Counted from the first letter of the stretch, positions 1 through 10,441 are shown. The stretch is DNA of 64,000 nucleotides from Nitrospirota bacterium (GCA_963699545.1 CAVOUE010000006.1:64001-128000); one strand, 5' to 3'. Numbers and translations are program-made. Notes: a model not told the origin generated them from the letters alone.

Positions 1-642
1 CCGAATAATTTCAGTCCCTTCCTGATGCTCTCAACAAGGGACTCGACATAGAGTGGATGGTCATACCACGAAGAAATACTGGATGACTCCATGGGATATT
101 CTCTGATCACTTGCTGAAACCTCTCCATGGCAGAGCCTGTGGTGGCAAGGGAATAATGAGGGTAAAGGCTTATCGCCAGGACCCGTCTTATCCCCTCATC
201 ACGCATCTGTCTCACTGAATCCTCAATGAAGGGTCGCCAATACCGCATGCCGACATAAACTCCAAATCCTCCCTCACCCCACTTTACCAAAGGAGAGGTG
301 GGGCGGTTATCAGTGACTGACTGCTGACTGCCGGCTGCTGACTCTTTGTTTAACGCTCTTTCAAGCGCGCCGGCCTGAGCTCTGGTGATGTCAAGTATGG
401 GGGATTTCCCTCCGATGAGACGATACATGGCTTCCGTCTTTCTTGAGCGAAGGCTTGAGATAAGCCACGCCGTGGGCTTCTGGAGGAACGGGGGTCCCAG
501 CTTTATAATCTTCCTGTCAGAGAAGAGGTTATAAAGAAACGGCCTGACCGCCCGAACAGAATCAGGCCCTCCGAGATTAAGAAGAAGTATGCCTATGGTT
601 CTGATCTCGGATACCTCTGGCCCTTTCTGAAATAATCCCCAC
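1..642 (-). CDS. hemH: Ferrochelatase (possibly coproporphyrin ferrochelatase), N-terminal part; runs off the window
   Basis: Manual minus-strand translation gives IGILLLNLGGPDSVRAVRPFLYNLFSD...YRLIGGKSPIL...VYVGMRYWRPFIE...LSLYPHYSLATTGS. No in-frame start; GTG at 642 works if one G of the GGGG run is an insertion error. Not in the ORF track. Confidence 0.93.
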
Positions 643-644
643 CC

Positions 645-2112
645 TCAATCCTTATGTTCTTCGTAGATCGCATGGAACCCCTTTTCAATATCCCTGAATA
701 TCCGGAGTATCTCCGGATCAAAGTGTTCGGGCTTGGTCCTGCCGTCACCATTGACGAGAATATGAACCGTCTCAACGTGGGAAAGAGCGGTCTTGTATGC
801 CCTCATGCTCCTCAGGGCATCATACTGATCTGCGATGCTCACGATCCTTCCCTCTATGGGGATGCTGTCGGCCCTCAGCCCCCGGGGATATCCTGACCCG
901 TCCCATCGCTCGTGGTGGTTCAGGGCGATCGCCTCCCCTAACTGAAGGATGTCCGATTCTGATCCATGGAGTATATTTGCCCCGATGGTCGTGTGCGTCT
1001 TTGCCAGCTCGAACTCCTCAGGGCTGAGCCTGCCTGACTTGAGCAGGATGGCATCGGGGATGCCGATCTTGCCGATGTCATGCATGGGCGAAGCATAAAA
1101 AATGGTGTCAACAAAGGATTCCGGCATCCCCAGCTCCTTTGACACCATATGAGTATAGAAGCTTATCCTTCTCAGATGGTTCGCGGTGCCCACGTCCTTG
1201 AACTCGGCTGCCATGGTGAGGCGGTAAATGGTGTCAAGATACCCCTCCTTGATCCTTGCATTGGCATTTTCGACCTCTTTGTACGCGCCCTCAAGTTGCA
1301 GGGTCCTCTGGTGCACCATGCTCTCAAGGGTCTTATTGTAGTCCCTCAGGAAATCCCCGTATTCCTTCACCTTGAGAAGGTTCTGGAGACGAAGGGTGAG
1401 TTCAACCCTGTCCACCGGCTTTGTGAGGAACTCATCAGCTCCGGCCTTGAATCCCGAAAGCCTGGATGCCCTGTCATCAAGAGCGGTGACGAGGATCACG
1501 GGGATATTGCCCGTCCCCTCCTTTTCCTTCAGTTTCATGCATGTCTCATAGCCGTCCATCCCGGGCATCATGATGTCAAGGAGTATCACGTCCGGCTGGA
1601 ACGCCTCCGCCCTCTCAAGGCCTCGCATGCCGTTGACCGCGGTAGTGACGTCATATCCCTGGGCCTCGAGCATCGATTGCATGAACCTCAGGTTCAGTTC
1701 ATCATCATCTACGACCAGTATCTTCTTGATTTCCCGACGCCTCCCCTTCTCCCGTATTCACGTGAAGAATTCCTTCTACGATCTTCAAGAACTCCCCTGC
1801 CCTGACCGGCTTTGTGATAATGCCATCGAATCCCGCCTCCCTGACTTCCGCATCAGCTGACCCCGTCATGGCGTACACTTTTGTGCCGCCCAGCAATCCT
1901 CTCTCTTTGCATGCCCTGAGCACCTCATGCCCGCTCACCTTCGGCAGGCCGATATCCATGAGGACCAGTGAAGGGGATTCCTTTGCGATACGCTCGATGG
2001 CTGTCAGGCCGTCCAGCGCTTCCACCACTTCGTATCCCCTCTGCTCAAGGAGGGTCACAAAGAATTTTCTGTTTATCTCATCGTCTTCTACCACAAGGAT
2101 CTTGTTTGACAT
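645..2112 (-). CDS. Response regulator with HD-GYP c-di-GMP phosphodiesterase domain; probably one REC-REC-HD-GYP gene split by a +1 error near 1733
   Basis: ORF 1705..2136 is a REC domain (KILVVEDD, LMD, TKP). ORF 645..1682 lacks a start but its frame extends upstream as KKILVVDDDE; it has HDIGKIG and HHERWDGSGYP. Removing one G from TCGGGAAATC joins them. Confidence 0.85.
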
Positions 2113-2138
2113 CTTTACCGAAACACTCCCCTTCACGG

Positions 2139-3202
2139 TTAAGAAACCGTCTTTATTTCACTCTGTCGAGCATTATTCTTTATAGGGATCGAAAACGTGA
2201 ACTTGGTTCCCCTCCCCTTTTCGCTCTCTACCCAGATCCTCCCGCCATGCAGCTCAACGAGCCTTTTTGTAAGAAAAAGGCCGAGCCCTGTGCCTCCGTA
2301 TTTCTTCTGGTAAGGGGATTCCAGCTGCTGGAATGACTGGAACAACTTCGGGATATCCTCTTTCGCAATACCGATGCCGGTATCCTCCACAGAAACTTCC
2401 AGTGCCCCGCCCCGCCCCCGGGTGCTGCCTTTGCTCCTTCCGGCCTCCCGCCACGGATCTTTCGCACGTGGACGCCTATGCTTCCCCCCTCAGGGGTGAA
2501 CTTGATGGCATTGGACAGCAGGTTCACCACGATCTGCTTTAGCTTTCTCTGGTCTGCGACGATCTCATCAGGACCATCCTCCATCCCGTACTCCAGCCTG
2601 ATGCTGTGCTTCACCATCTTCTCTTTGAACATGCCAATAGAAGATCTTATGAGCTCACGAAGGGAAAATTCCCGGAGCTCAAGATTCATGGATCCCGCCT
2701 CGATCTTGCTCAGGTCCAGGATATCGTTTATGAGGCTCAGGAGATTTTCGCCGCTCACAAGGATGTCATTGATATATTCTCTGTGCCTCTCATTGACCGG
2801 CCCGTACATCCCGCTCAGTAAAGCCTCCGAGAATCCTATGATGGCATTGAGGGGGGTTCTCAGTTCGTGGGACATATTGGCGAGAAATTCCGATTTTGCC
2901 CTGTTGGTGGATTCAGCAAGGAGCATGGCATCGCGAAGCTCTGCAGTGCGTTCCGTGAACTTGGCGTCCAGCTCACGGAGCAGCTGTTCGTTTTCTCTTT
3001 GACTTCTCCATATAAGAGCACAGACGAGGACCGCCGAGACGGTCACAAAGGCGATCCCTTTATATGTCTGAATCAAGGTGAGGAGATTGGGATCCGCAAT
3101 CAGCGCTCTTACAGCACGGTCTGAGAAATAAATGTAACAGATGCTCAACGCGAAGTAGATGAGCGCAAATCTTACCGCAACGGCGATCATGCTTTTCTTC
3201 AT
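2139..3202 (-). CDS. Membrane sensor histidine kinase (HisKA + HATPase), frameshift near 2400
   Basis: Two TM helices, [26 protein letters not shown]; the C-terminus (DTGIGI, GGTGLGL, HGGRIW) is in ORF 2139..2390. Confidence 0.92.
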
Positions 3203-3205
3203 CAG

Positions 3206-4228
3206 TTACCTTTCACTGAATCTGTGCACAGCCTCCACCAGCGCCACGGCATTTTCCACAGGACTTTCGGGCAATATCCCATGTCCGAGGTTAAAGACAT
3301 GCCCCTTTGCGAATTCCCCCTTCCAGAGGATATCCTTCACCTTGTCCTCCATCTTTTCCCTTGGGAGGAAAAGAGCACAGGGGTCGAGGTTCCCCTGAAC
3401 GGCGAACTTCTTTCCGATCCCCTTAACAGCGTCCTTCAGGTCTACCCTCCAGTCGATCCCTATGACGTCAGCAGAGGTCTTCCTGATCTCTTTCAGGAGC
3501 GCAGCGCACTCGTTCACGAAATAGATCACCGGGACCCCTTCCTTTTTCAATTCGGCAATGGCTTTCTTCACATGAGGGAGGACAAACTCTTTGTAGTCCC
3601 CCGGCGCAAGAGTTCCTGCCCATGTGTCGAAGAGCTGCACTGCCTGGGCCCCCGCCCTGACCTGCGACGTCAGATAGGAAATGACCGTTATGGTAATCTT
3701 GTCCATGAGGAGGCTGAAAAGCCCCGGGTTCTGGAACATCATTCTCTTGGTGTTCAGGAAGTTTTTCGAGCTTCCCCCTTCTATCATGTATGTGGCGAGG
3801 GTAAAGGGCGCTCCCGAAAACCCAATGAGAGGAACAGTGAGTTGAGACCTGAGGATCCTTATCGCCTCTAGTACAAAGGGCATGCTGTCTTCCGTGTCAG
3901 GGATGACCAGCCGGTCAACGCCGGATTTTGTTCTCACCGGGTCACCCAGCACCGGCCCTTTCTTGTCCGAAAATTCCAGGTGCATCCCCATGGCTTCCAC
4001 GGCGATGAGGATGTCCGAAAAGAGGATCGCCGCATCGACCTTGAGCTTCTCCACAGGCTGCATTGTGACCTTCGCCGCCAGCTCAGGGGTTTTGCACAGG
4101 GTGAGAAAATCCACCTCGGCGCGCACAGCCTGGTATTCCGGGAGATACCTTCCTGCCTGACGCATGATCCATACCGGGGTGTACGGCACCTTTTCACCCC
4201 TGCACGCCTTAAGAAATATGTCGTTCAT
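3206..4228 (-). CDS. hemE: Uroporphyrinogen decarboxylase
   Basis: PVWIMRQAGRYLPEY, AILFSDIL, FNLGHGI motifs. Confidence 0.98.
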   Translation of the reverse strand: MNDIFLKACRGEKVPYTPVWIMRQAGRYLPEYQAVRAEVDFLTLCKTPELAAKVTMQPVEKLKVDAAILFSDILIAVEAMGMHLEFSDKKGPVLGDPVRTKSGVDRLVIPDTEDSMPFVLEAIRILRSQLTVPLIGFSGAPFTLATYMIEGGSSKNFLNTKRMMFQNPGLFSLLMDKITITVISYLTSQVRAGAQAVQLFDTWAGTLAPGDYKEFVLPHVKKAIAELKKEGVPVIYFVNECAALLKEIRKTSADVIGIDWRVDLKDAVKGIGKKFAVQGNLDPCALFLPREKMEDKVKDILWKGEFAKGHVFNLGHGILPESPVENAVALVEAVHRFSER

Positions 4229-4310
4229 ACCACCTCCTATAGAAAGTAACTGTCAGAAAACAGTAAATAGTCACGACAAAGAACCTATGAACACGTATGC
4301 ACCTACAAAC

Positions 4311-5399
4311 CTATCTGCTCCTCTTACCACTTACTCTTTCCTTCTCCATTTTCAAAGGCACGTAACTGCAGAAGGGCTCCTCTTCAAGATAATCTCCGTG
4401 CACGGAATAGGCCCTGGCCCTGCAGCCACCGCAGACGTTCACGTACTCGCAGGAACCGCACCTGCCCTTGTATTTCTTGAAATCCCTCAGCTCCTTAAAA
4501 AGCTCCGACTTCTCCCATATGTCCTTAAAGGACTGCTCCATGACATTGCCCGCCGACTTGGGGAAATAGCTGCAGGGAAGGACATCGCCGTCAACGTTGA
4601 TGAGGCAGATCAGCTGCCCCGCAATGCAGCCCTTTGAGCCTCCCGTGGAAAACTTCAGCGTCCTGCGCTGGAACTTCACCTTCTCTTCTTTCGCTTTCTG
4701 GAGCACCACTCTGTAATAGTGGGGGGCACAGGTCGGTCGGACCAGCATGTCATCTTCGTCCTTCTCCATCTGATAGTGCCACTCGAGGATATCCTCATAG
4801 TCCTCCTTGGAGATCAGCTCGTTCATGATCTCCTCGCCTCTTCCCGTGGGCACGATCATGAACATATACCACGCCGTAGCGCCGAGCTCCTTGGAGAGCC
4901 TGTACACCCTCGGGATCTCTTCCTGGTTCCTCTTGGTGAATGACGAATTGACGATGAATTCGATGCCGTGCTTCTTGAAGAGCTTAGCAGCGTTTATGGT
5001 CCCTGAAAATGCGCCCTTCTCGTTCCTGAAATCGTCATGCACACCTTCCGTGGACCCGTCGAGGCTAAGGGAGACGATCCTGATGCCCGAATCCCTGATC
5101 TTCCCGCATATCTCATCTGTGACAAGGGTGCCGTTGGTGGCGAGGCACATCCTGAGCCCTTTCCCTGTGCCATATCGGGCTATCTCAAAGACATCGCTCC
5201 TGATCAGCGGTTCCCCGCCTGAGAGGACCACCACGGGTTGCGCATAGCTCGCTATGTTGTCCAGTATGGCAAAGGCCTTCTCCGTCGAGAAGTCAGGGTG
5301 CCCCTTGATCTCCATCTCGGAAGAAGAGCGGCAATGAACGCACCTCAGGTTGCATCTCCTCGTGATCTCCCACGCTATCCACTTCGGCTTAAATTCCAT
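4311..5399 (-). CDS. ahbD: Radical SAM/SPASM heme-biosynthesis enzyme, AhbD/NirJ-like (probable coproheme decarboxylase)
   Basis: [49 protein letters not shown]; directly upstream of hemE. Confidence 0.75.
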   Translation of the reverse strand: MEFKPKWIAWEITRRCNLRCVHCRSSSEMEIKGHPDFSTEKAFAILDNIASYAQPVVVLSGGEPLIRSDVFEIARYGTGKGLRMCLATNGTLVTDEICGKIRDSGIRIVSLSLDGSTEGVHDDFRNEKGAFSGTINAAKLFKKHGIEFIVNSSFTKRNQEEIPRVYRLSKELGATAWYMFMIVPTGRGEEIMNELISKEDYEDILEWHYQMEKDEDDMLVRPTCAPHYYRVVLQKAKEEKVKFQRRTLKFSTGGSKGCIAGQLICLINVDGDVLPCSYFPKSAGNVMEQSFKDIWEKSELFKELRDFKKYKGRCGSCEYVNVCGGCRARAYSVHGDYLEEEPFCSYVPLKMEKERVSGKRSR

Positions 5400-5474
5400 A
5401 AAATGTCCTACCTTTTCCCACCTGTGATAACAAGTGTAACTACGTTCGCGGAGCCATCGGAGGCGCCCCGGATA

Positions 5475-7112
5475 TTATACCGCCGACACCGTCATTTTGT
5501 CATTCCAGATATAGGCCTCTATGGCAGCGAGAAAAGGCCCGAAGGTGGAAGGATCGATGGCAGAGACCGCCAGCGCACTGTACCTCATCTTCAGGTTCTC
5601 CGCCTCTTCCGCCGTTATCCTGTCGGTCTTGTTAAAGACCAGTATCTGCGGTTTCTTCCCGAGATCAAGCTCTTCCAGTATCTTCTCCACAGAGGCCATG
5701 TGCCGCTCAAACCGCGGATTGGACGCATCCACCAAATGTATCAGTAGTTCTGCGTCCTCAAGCTCCTCAAGGGTCGACTTAAAGGCCGCCATGAGGTCCT
5801 TCGGAAGATCCCTGATGAATCCGACGGTATCGGTGATGATCACCTCTCTCTCGCGGGGGAACCTGAGCCTCCTGCTTGCGGTGTCCAGCGTTGCGAACAG
5901 CTTATCCTCCACAAACGTTTCACTTCTTGTCAGGGCATTGAGGAGGGTCGACTTCCCCGCATTGGTATAGCCGATGATCGAGACAATGGGAATACCTGTC
6001 TCGACCCTCCGCTGTTTTCTCTGACGCCTCGCCTCGGAAAGAGACCTCAGTTCCCGTTCCAGCAGGGTTATCTTCTCCCTCACACGCCTCCTGTCTATCT
6101 CGAGCTTCATTTCTCCGGGGCCCCTGCCCCCGATCCCACCCATGAGCCGCGACATTGCCGTCCCTTTGCCTGTAAGCCGAGGGAGCCGGTATTTCAGCTG
6201 TGCCAGCTCTACCTGGACCTTTCCATCCCTGCTGTGGGCCCGTTGTGCAAAAATGTCAAGTATCAGCTGGCAGCGGTCAATCACCTTCAGTTCGGTCAAC
6301 TCCCCTATCGCCTTGGTCTGGGAAGGACTCAGCTCCTGATCCAATATCAGCAGGGTAGCCCCTTTATTCATCGCATAAATGACAAGCTCCTTGACCTTGC
6401 CCTCGCCCATGAGATACTTCGGGTTGATCTCCTTTGGCCTCTGGATCACTTCACCAAGGACAAGGACACCGCCGGACAGGGCCAGTTCCCTGAGCTCTTC
6501 CACGGAGTCTTCCTGTTCATATTTCGGTTTCGTAGATACGCTCACCAGGAGAGCTCTTTCCCTGCTGTCCTTCTGATCGAAGGTCCTCCGCCTCTCCATC
6601 TCATCATCGAGGGCATTGATGAAGGAGATGAAATCAAGATCGAGCTGATAGAATCCCCGGGAGGGGAATACCTCCACAGGCCTCTCAGAACCCTGGGGCA
6701 TGAGATGGGCTACAAAGATCGTGTCAGGCAGCCTGTCCTTGACCCCAATTGCAGCGATAAGGTCCAGTCTTAAGAGGGACAGGTCGGTAAGATCGTCCTG
6801 GTTCAGGGGTTCATCCTTAAGGTGCGTATGTACGAGTCTCAACCCCCGCAGAGCTCTTCTGCCGATGGGATGATCCCAAAGATCGGGAATCAGGATCCCC
6901 TTCGTATCTCCCACGATGACATGGGTGACCGCTCCGGAGCGATGGATCAGCAGGCCTATCTGGCGGCCCATCTCCGATGACAATTCAGCAAGATATTTTG
7001 CCACTTCAGGTGTGATGACCTTATCCTGGGGAACCTTTCTCCGGTATATCTTCTCCAGGGAGTGGATTGCTGTTCCTTTGAGACCTGAGATGTTTCCGTA
7101 GACCGCTGGTAT
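5475..7112 (-). CDS. hflX: GTPase HflX, long form; probable ATA start at 7112
   Basis: GYTNAGKSTL, LFATLD, DTVGF, NKTD. Frame is open upstream of the GTG at 7004 as IPAVYGNISGLKG until a TAG at 7113-7115; GGAGG at 7119-7123. Confidence 0.95.
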   Translation of the reverse strand: MPAVYGNISGLKGTAIHSLEKIYRRKVPQDKVITPEVAKYLAELSSEMGRQIGLLIHRSGAVTHVIVGDTKGILIPDLWDHPIGRRALRGLRLVHTHLKDEPLNQDDLTDLSLLRLDLIAAIGVKDRLPDTIFVAHLMPQGSERPVEVFPSRGFYQLDLDFISFINALDDEMERRRTFDQKDSRERALLVSVSTKPKYEQEDSVEELRELALSGGVLVLGEVIQRPKEINPKYLMGEGKVKELVIYAMNKGATLLILDQELSPSQTKAIGELTELKVIDRCQLILDIFAQRAHSRDGKVQVELAQLKYRLPRLTGKGTAMSRLMGGIGGRGPGEMKLEIDRRRVREKITLLERELRSLSEARRQRKQRRVETGIPIVSIIGYTNAGKSTLLNALTRSETFVEDKLFATLDTASRRLRFPREREVIITDTVGFIRDLPKDLMAAFKSTLEELEDAELLIHLVDASNPRFERHMASVEKILEELDLGKKPQILVFNKTDRITAEEAENLKMRYSALAVSAIDPSTFGPFLAAIEAYIWNDKMTVSAV

Positions 7113-7225
7113 CTAAATCCTCCGAACCCTTTTTTTTATTCTATCACACCTGGACCCATTTGTATCAGGCCATTATTTTCTGTACTATCAGACTATGAAA
7201 GGCTCAAGGAGGATCGCCCACGAAA

Positions 7226-7762
7226 GTGATAAGCGAAAGGAACATTAAAGGCAAGACTCTGCGTCTCGTGCAGGGGGATATCACCGAAAGGGACGTGGAC
7301 GCGATCGTGAATGCCGCCAATTCCCATCTCCAGCATGGCGGCGGTGTTGCAGGCGCCATAGTGAGGAAAGGCGGAGAGGTCATACAGGAAGAAAGCGACA
7401 GGATAGGCTTTGTGGCAGTGGGCCACGCGGCTGTTACCGGCGCGGGGAGGCTTCCCTGCAGATACGTGATCCACACAGTGGGGCCCAGGATGGGAGAGGG
7501 AGATGAGGACAACAAGCTGAAGAACGCGGTCCTGAGCAGTCTCATGCTGGCATCAGGGAAAGCGCTGGAGAGCATCTCGATCCCGGCCATAAGCTCCGGC
7601 ATCTTCGGCTTCCCTAAAGACCGGTGCGCAGAGATCCTGGTGAGGGAGGCGCTGAACTACCTGAAGGAGAACCCGAAGTCCAGCCTTGAAGTGGTGGAAT
7701 TCTGTGTTCATGACGACTTGACGATGGGATTCTTCAAGAAGGAATTCGAGAAGATCGCTTAG
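7226..7762 (+). CDS. Macro domain protein (O-acetyl-ADP-ribose deacetylase family)
   Basis: GDIT, DAIVNAAN, HGGGVAGAI, HTVGP, PAISSGIFGFP. Confidence 0.95.
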   Translation: MISERNIKGKTLRLVQGDITERDVDAIVNAANSHLQHGGGVAGAIVRKGGEVIQEESDRIGFVAVGHAAVTGAGRLPCRYVIHTVGPRMGEGDEDNKLKNAVLSSLMLASGKALESISIPAISSGIFGFPKDRCAEILVREALNYLKENPKSSLEVVEFCVHDDLTMGFFKKEFEKIA

Positions 7763-7884
7763 GATACTGCCCTCTCCTGTTTCTCCGATGGTTCGTGGAC
7801 GGCGCAGCGCCTTACATTCTTACTGCAAAATATCGACGTTTCGTACTATAATTTCAGCAATTTCAGAACGGAAGCCGGGGGGAC

Positions 7885-8271
7885 ATGAAACGCTCGAAAA
7901 AGATCGCCCTGACATTACTTGCATCTGCTTCTCTGGCCGCCTGCGGCTGCGGTTCAGAACAGGCCACACAGAGGGAGATCTACGCTTCCAGGGAAAAATG
8001 TGTGGAGGACTGGGGCGGCGACGACAAATGCGAAGAAGGCCAGGGAGGCAGATATTATTACGGACCGCATTATATCTTCCGCAGCGGATATCCCTATTAC
8101 TTCCGTTCGGGGAGCAGGGACCCGCTCCCCCTCGGCAGGGATGCAAGATTCTCGGGCGTACAGCCGGGGATGAAATCACCTCACTCGGCAGACACCCTTT
8201 CTACAACCCGTATCAGCCGCGGAGGATTCGGAAGGTCTGCATCATTGCATGGTGGAGGCTCAAAATCATGA
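7885..8271 (+). CDS. DUF1190/YgiB-like lipoprotein
   Basis: MKRSK signal with LAAC lipobox, YxSxxxC motif, C-terminal SRGGFG; precedes a GSP-synthase-family gene. Confidence 0.75.
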   Translation: MKRSKKIALTLLASASLAACGCGSEQATQREIYASREKCVEDWGGDDKCEEGQGGRYYYGPHYIFRSGYPYYFRSGSRDPLPLGRDARFSGVQPGMKSPHSADTLSTTRISRGGFGRSASLHGGGSKS

Positions 8272-8290
8272 CCCTAAAGGCATTTTCCCG

Positions 8291-9427
8291 GTGAAACGGC
8301 TGACAGTGAACCCGCGTTCCCGCTGGCAGGAAAAATTCGAGGAATTCGGCTTCTCTTTCCACTCCATGGATGGATTGTACTGGAATGAGGGCATCTGCTA
8401 TGAGTTTTCCTCTGAAGAGATCGATCACCTCGAAAAAGTGACCGCCACCCTTCATGAGATGTGCGCCGAAGCGGTGGGTCATGTGGTTGAGAATGATCTT
8501 TTCCCGAAGATGGGTATTCCCGACACCTTCGGGGAGTTTGTCAGAAGGTCCTGGGAAAGGGATGACCGTTCCCTTTACGGTCGTTTCGATCTTTCGTACG
8601 ACGGACAGGCCGAACCGAAACTTCTGGAATACAACGCGGACACCCCCACTTCGCTTTTTGAGTCAAGCATCGCTCAGTGGATATGGATAGAGGAGATGTT
8701 CCCCCACGAGGACCAGTTCAACTCCATCCACGAGAAGCTTCTCGATGCCTTTTCACAGGTGCGCGGAGACATTCCCCTTTCCACACCGTTTTATTTTTCC
8801 TGCGTGAAGTACCATGAGGAAGACTTCCTCACCACGGAGTATATGCGTGACATTGCGCTCCAAGCCGGTCTGGATGCACGGCACATCTTTGTTGAAGACA
8901 TCGGCTATAGCGACGAAACACAGGCGTTCTACGACCTCGGCAATAATGAGATCGAATTCATCTTTAAACTCTACCCGTGGGAATGGGTCATGGCTGACGA
9001 ATTCGGCAAACACGTCCTGCAAGACGGGTTAAGGATGTATGAGCCCCCGTGGAAAATGGTGTTGTCGAACAAGGCTATTCTCCCGATCCTTTGGGGGATG
9101 TTTGAAGGCCACCCAAACCTGCTGCCGAGCTATTTTGAGCCGGAGAAATGCGGAAACTCATACGTGAAGAAGCCTCTCCTTTCGAGAGAAGGCGCAAATA
9201 TCGCGTATTATCAGGGTGGTCGCTGCCTGGAAGATACGGAAGGAAGTTACGGCGCTGAAGGATTCATCTACCAGAAAGCACAGCAGCTTCCCTGCTTTGA
9301 GGGAAATTACGCGGTCGTGGGCTCATGGGTAATAAACGGACTGGCTGCAGGGATCGGTATCCGTGAAGATACCTCTCCCGTCACGAAGAACACAAGCACG
9401 TTTGTGCCACATTACTTTAAACAGTAA
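8291..9427 (+). CDS. Glutathionylspermidine synthase family ATP-grasp protein (YgiC/YjfC-like)
   Basis: LYGRFD, KLLEYNADTPTSL, FKLYPWE, EPPWK, SREGAN, GIRED, FVPH. GTG at 8291 preferred (8249 overlaps the upstream gene). Confidence 0.93.
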   Translation: MKRLTVNPRSRWQEKFEEFGFSFHSMDGLYWNEGICYEFSSEEIDHLEKVTATLHEMCAEAVGHVVENDLFPKMGIPDTFGEFVRRSWERDDRSLYGRFDLSYDGQAEPKLLEYNADTPTSLFESSIAQWIWIEEMFPHEDQFNSIHEKLLDAFSQVRGDIPLSTPFYFSCVKYHEEDFLTTEYMRDIALQAGLDARHIFVEDIGYSDETQAFYDLGNNEIEFIFKLYPWEWVMADEFGKHVLQDGLRMYEPPWKMVLSNKAILPILWGMFEGHPNLLPSYFEPEKCGNSYVKKPLLSREGANIAYYQGGRCLEDTEGSYGAEGFIYQKAQQLPCFEGNYAVVGSWVINGLAAGIGIREDTSPVTKNTSTFVPHYFKQ

Positions 9428-9456
9428 TCTGGTGGATTAAAGGGAGGGTCCAAAAA

Positions 9457-9874
9457 ATGATCGGAGAAAAGTTCATTACGCCTTTTTCAGGTCTTCTTGG
9501 TTTTGGAGTCTATTTCGTCATGGCGATTCTCCTCCTCGTTCTTTTTTCATTGATCTATGCGAGGACCACGCCCTATAAAGAGTTTGCGCTCATCTCCAAA
9601 GGAAACCTCGCCGCTGCCTGGAGTTTCAGCGGAGCATTGCTCGGGTTTGCAATCCCTCTTGCCAGCGCCATTTCCCATAGCGTCGGGCTCATTGACATGG
9701 TGATATGGGGAACCATCGCCCTCATCGTGCAGCTGCTCACCTTTTCGGCGGTAAGGAAACTCTTCCCCGCCATTGTCTCTGATATCCCGGAGAACCACGT
9801 TGCGCAGGGAGTGTTCCTCGGCGTTGTCTCCCCTTGTGAGCGGGATACTGAACGCCGCGTGTATGACGTACTGA
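9457..9874 (+). CDS. DUF350 (YjfL-like) membrane protein, +1 error near 9830
   Basis: TPYKEFALISKGNLAAA; removing one C from GTCTCCCCTT restores VSLVSGILNAACMTY* ending at 9874. Confidence 0.88.
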
Positions 9875-10044
9875 GCCTGTACTATTCTGGTCCTGCCGCC
9901 TGGCGACACGCAGCGACCGGGGGGATGCCTATTTCAAAGAGCGGCACTCAAGCCGTCCCCGAATAACCATCTACAAAACAAGACTTCTTTACGGACCGGA
10001 AGGCCCATGATCACTTCCCCGGATACCGCCCCCTCAAGAAAAAG

Positions 10045-10104
10045 TTGACATCTATCCCCTTCATCAGTATAATCAGAACAATCAGCATGGTAAGTATTCC
10101 TAAG
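10045..10104 (+). promoter_or_regulatory. Perfect sigma70 promoter of the hgc operon with overlapping tandem repeats (candidate operator)
   Basis: TTGACA 10045-10050, 17-nt spacer, TATAAT 10068-10073; ATCAG at 10063, 10072, 10081, then GTAAG 10090 and CTAAG 10100. Confidence 0.85.
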
Positions 10105-10123
10105 ACATCCGGGGAGAGGTGAC

Positions 10124-10399
10124 ATGAGAAAAAGGAAAGAAGCTTTGCCTTGCACTCTATCAGCGAATAAGACCAATGCCAGTTGCAAAGTTGAATCCAT
10201 AATAAGCGTCGACGAAAGGGGACAGATGGTACTGCCCAAGGAGCTGAGGGCAAAGGCAAAGATTAATGCCGGCGACAAATTGGCGATTACAAGCTGGGAG
10301 AAGGACGGGGAGGTCTGCTGCATAACCCTCATCAAGGTGGAAGATCTTGTGGAGATGGTAAAAGGGCAACTCGGCCCGATAATCAAAGAGATCCTGTAA
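10124..10399 (+). CDS. hgcC: HgcAB-associated AbrB/MazE-type DNA-binding protein
   Basis: CKVESIISVDERGQMVLPKELR...AGDKL swapped-hairpin signature plus VCC; immediately upstream of hgcA. Confidence 0.85.
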   Translation: MRKRKEALPCTLSANKTNASCKVESIISVDERGQMVLPKELRAKAKINAGDKLAITSWEKDGEVCCITLIKVEDLVEMVKGQLGPIIKEIL

Positions 10400-10441
10400 A
10401 ACTCTTGAAGTATGATCGAACTGAAATTCAGAAATATAGGC

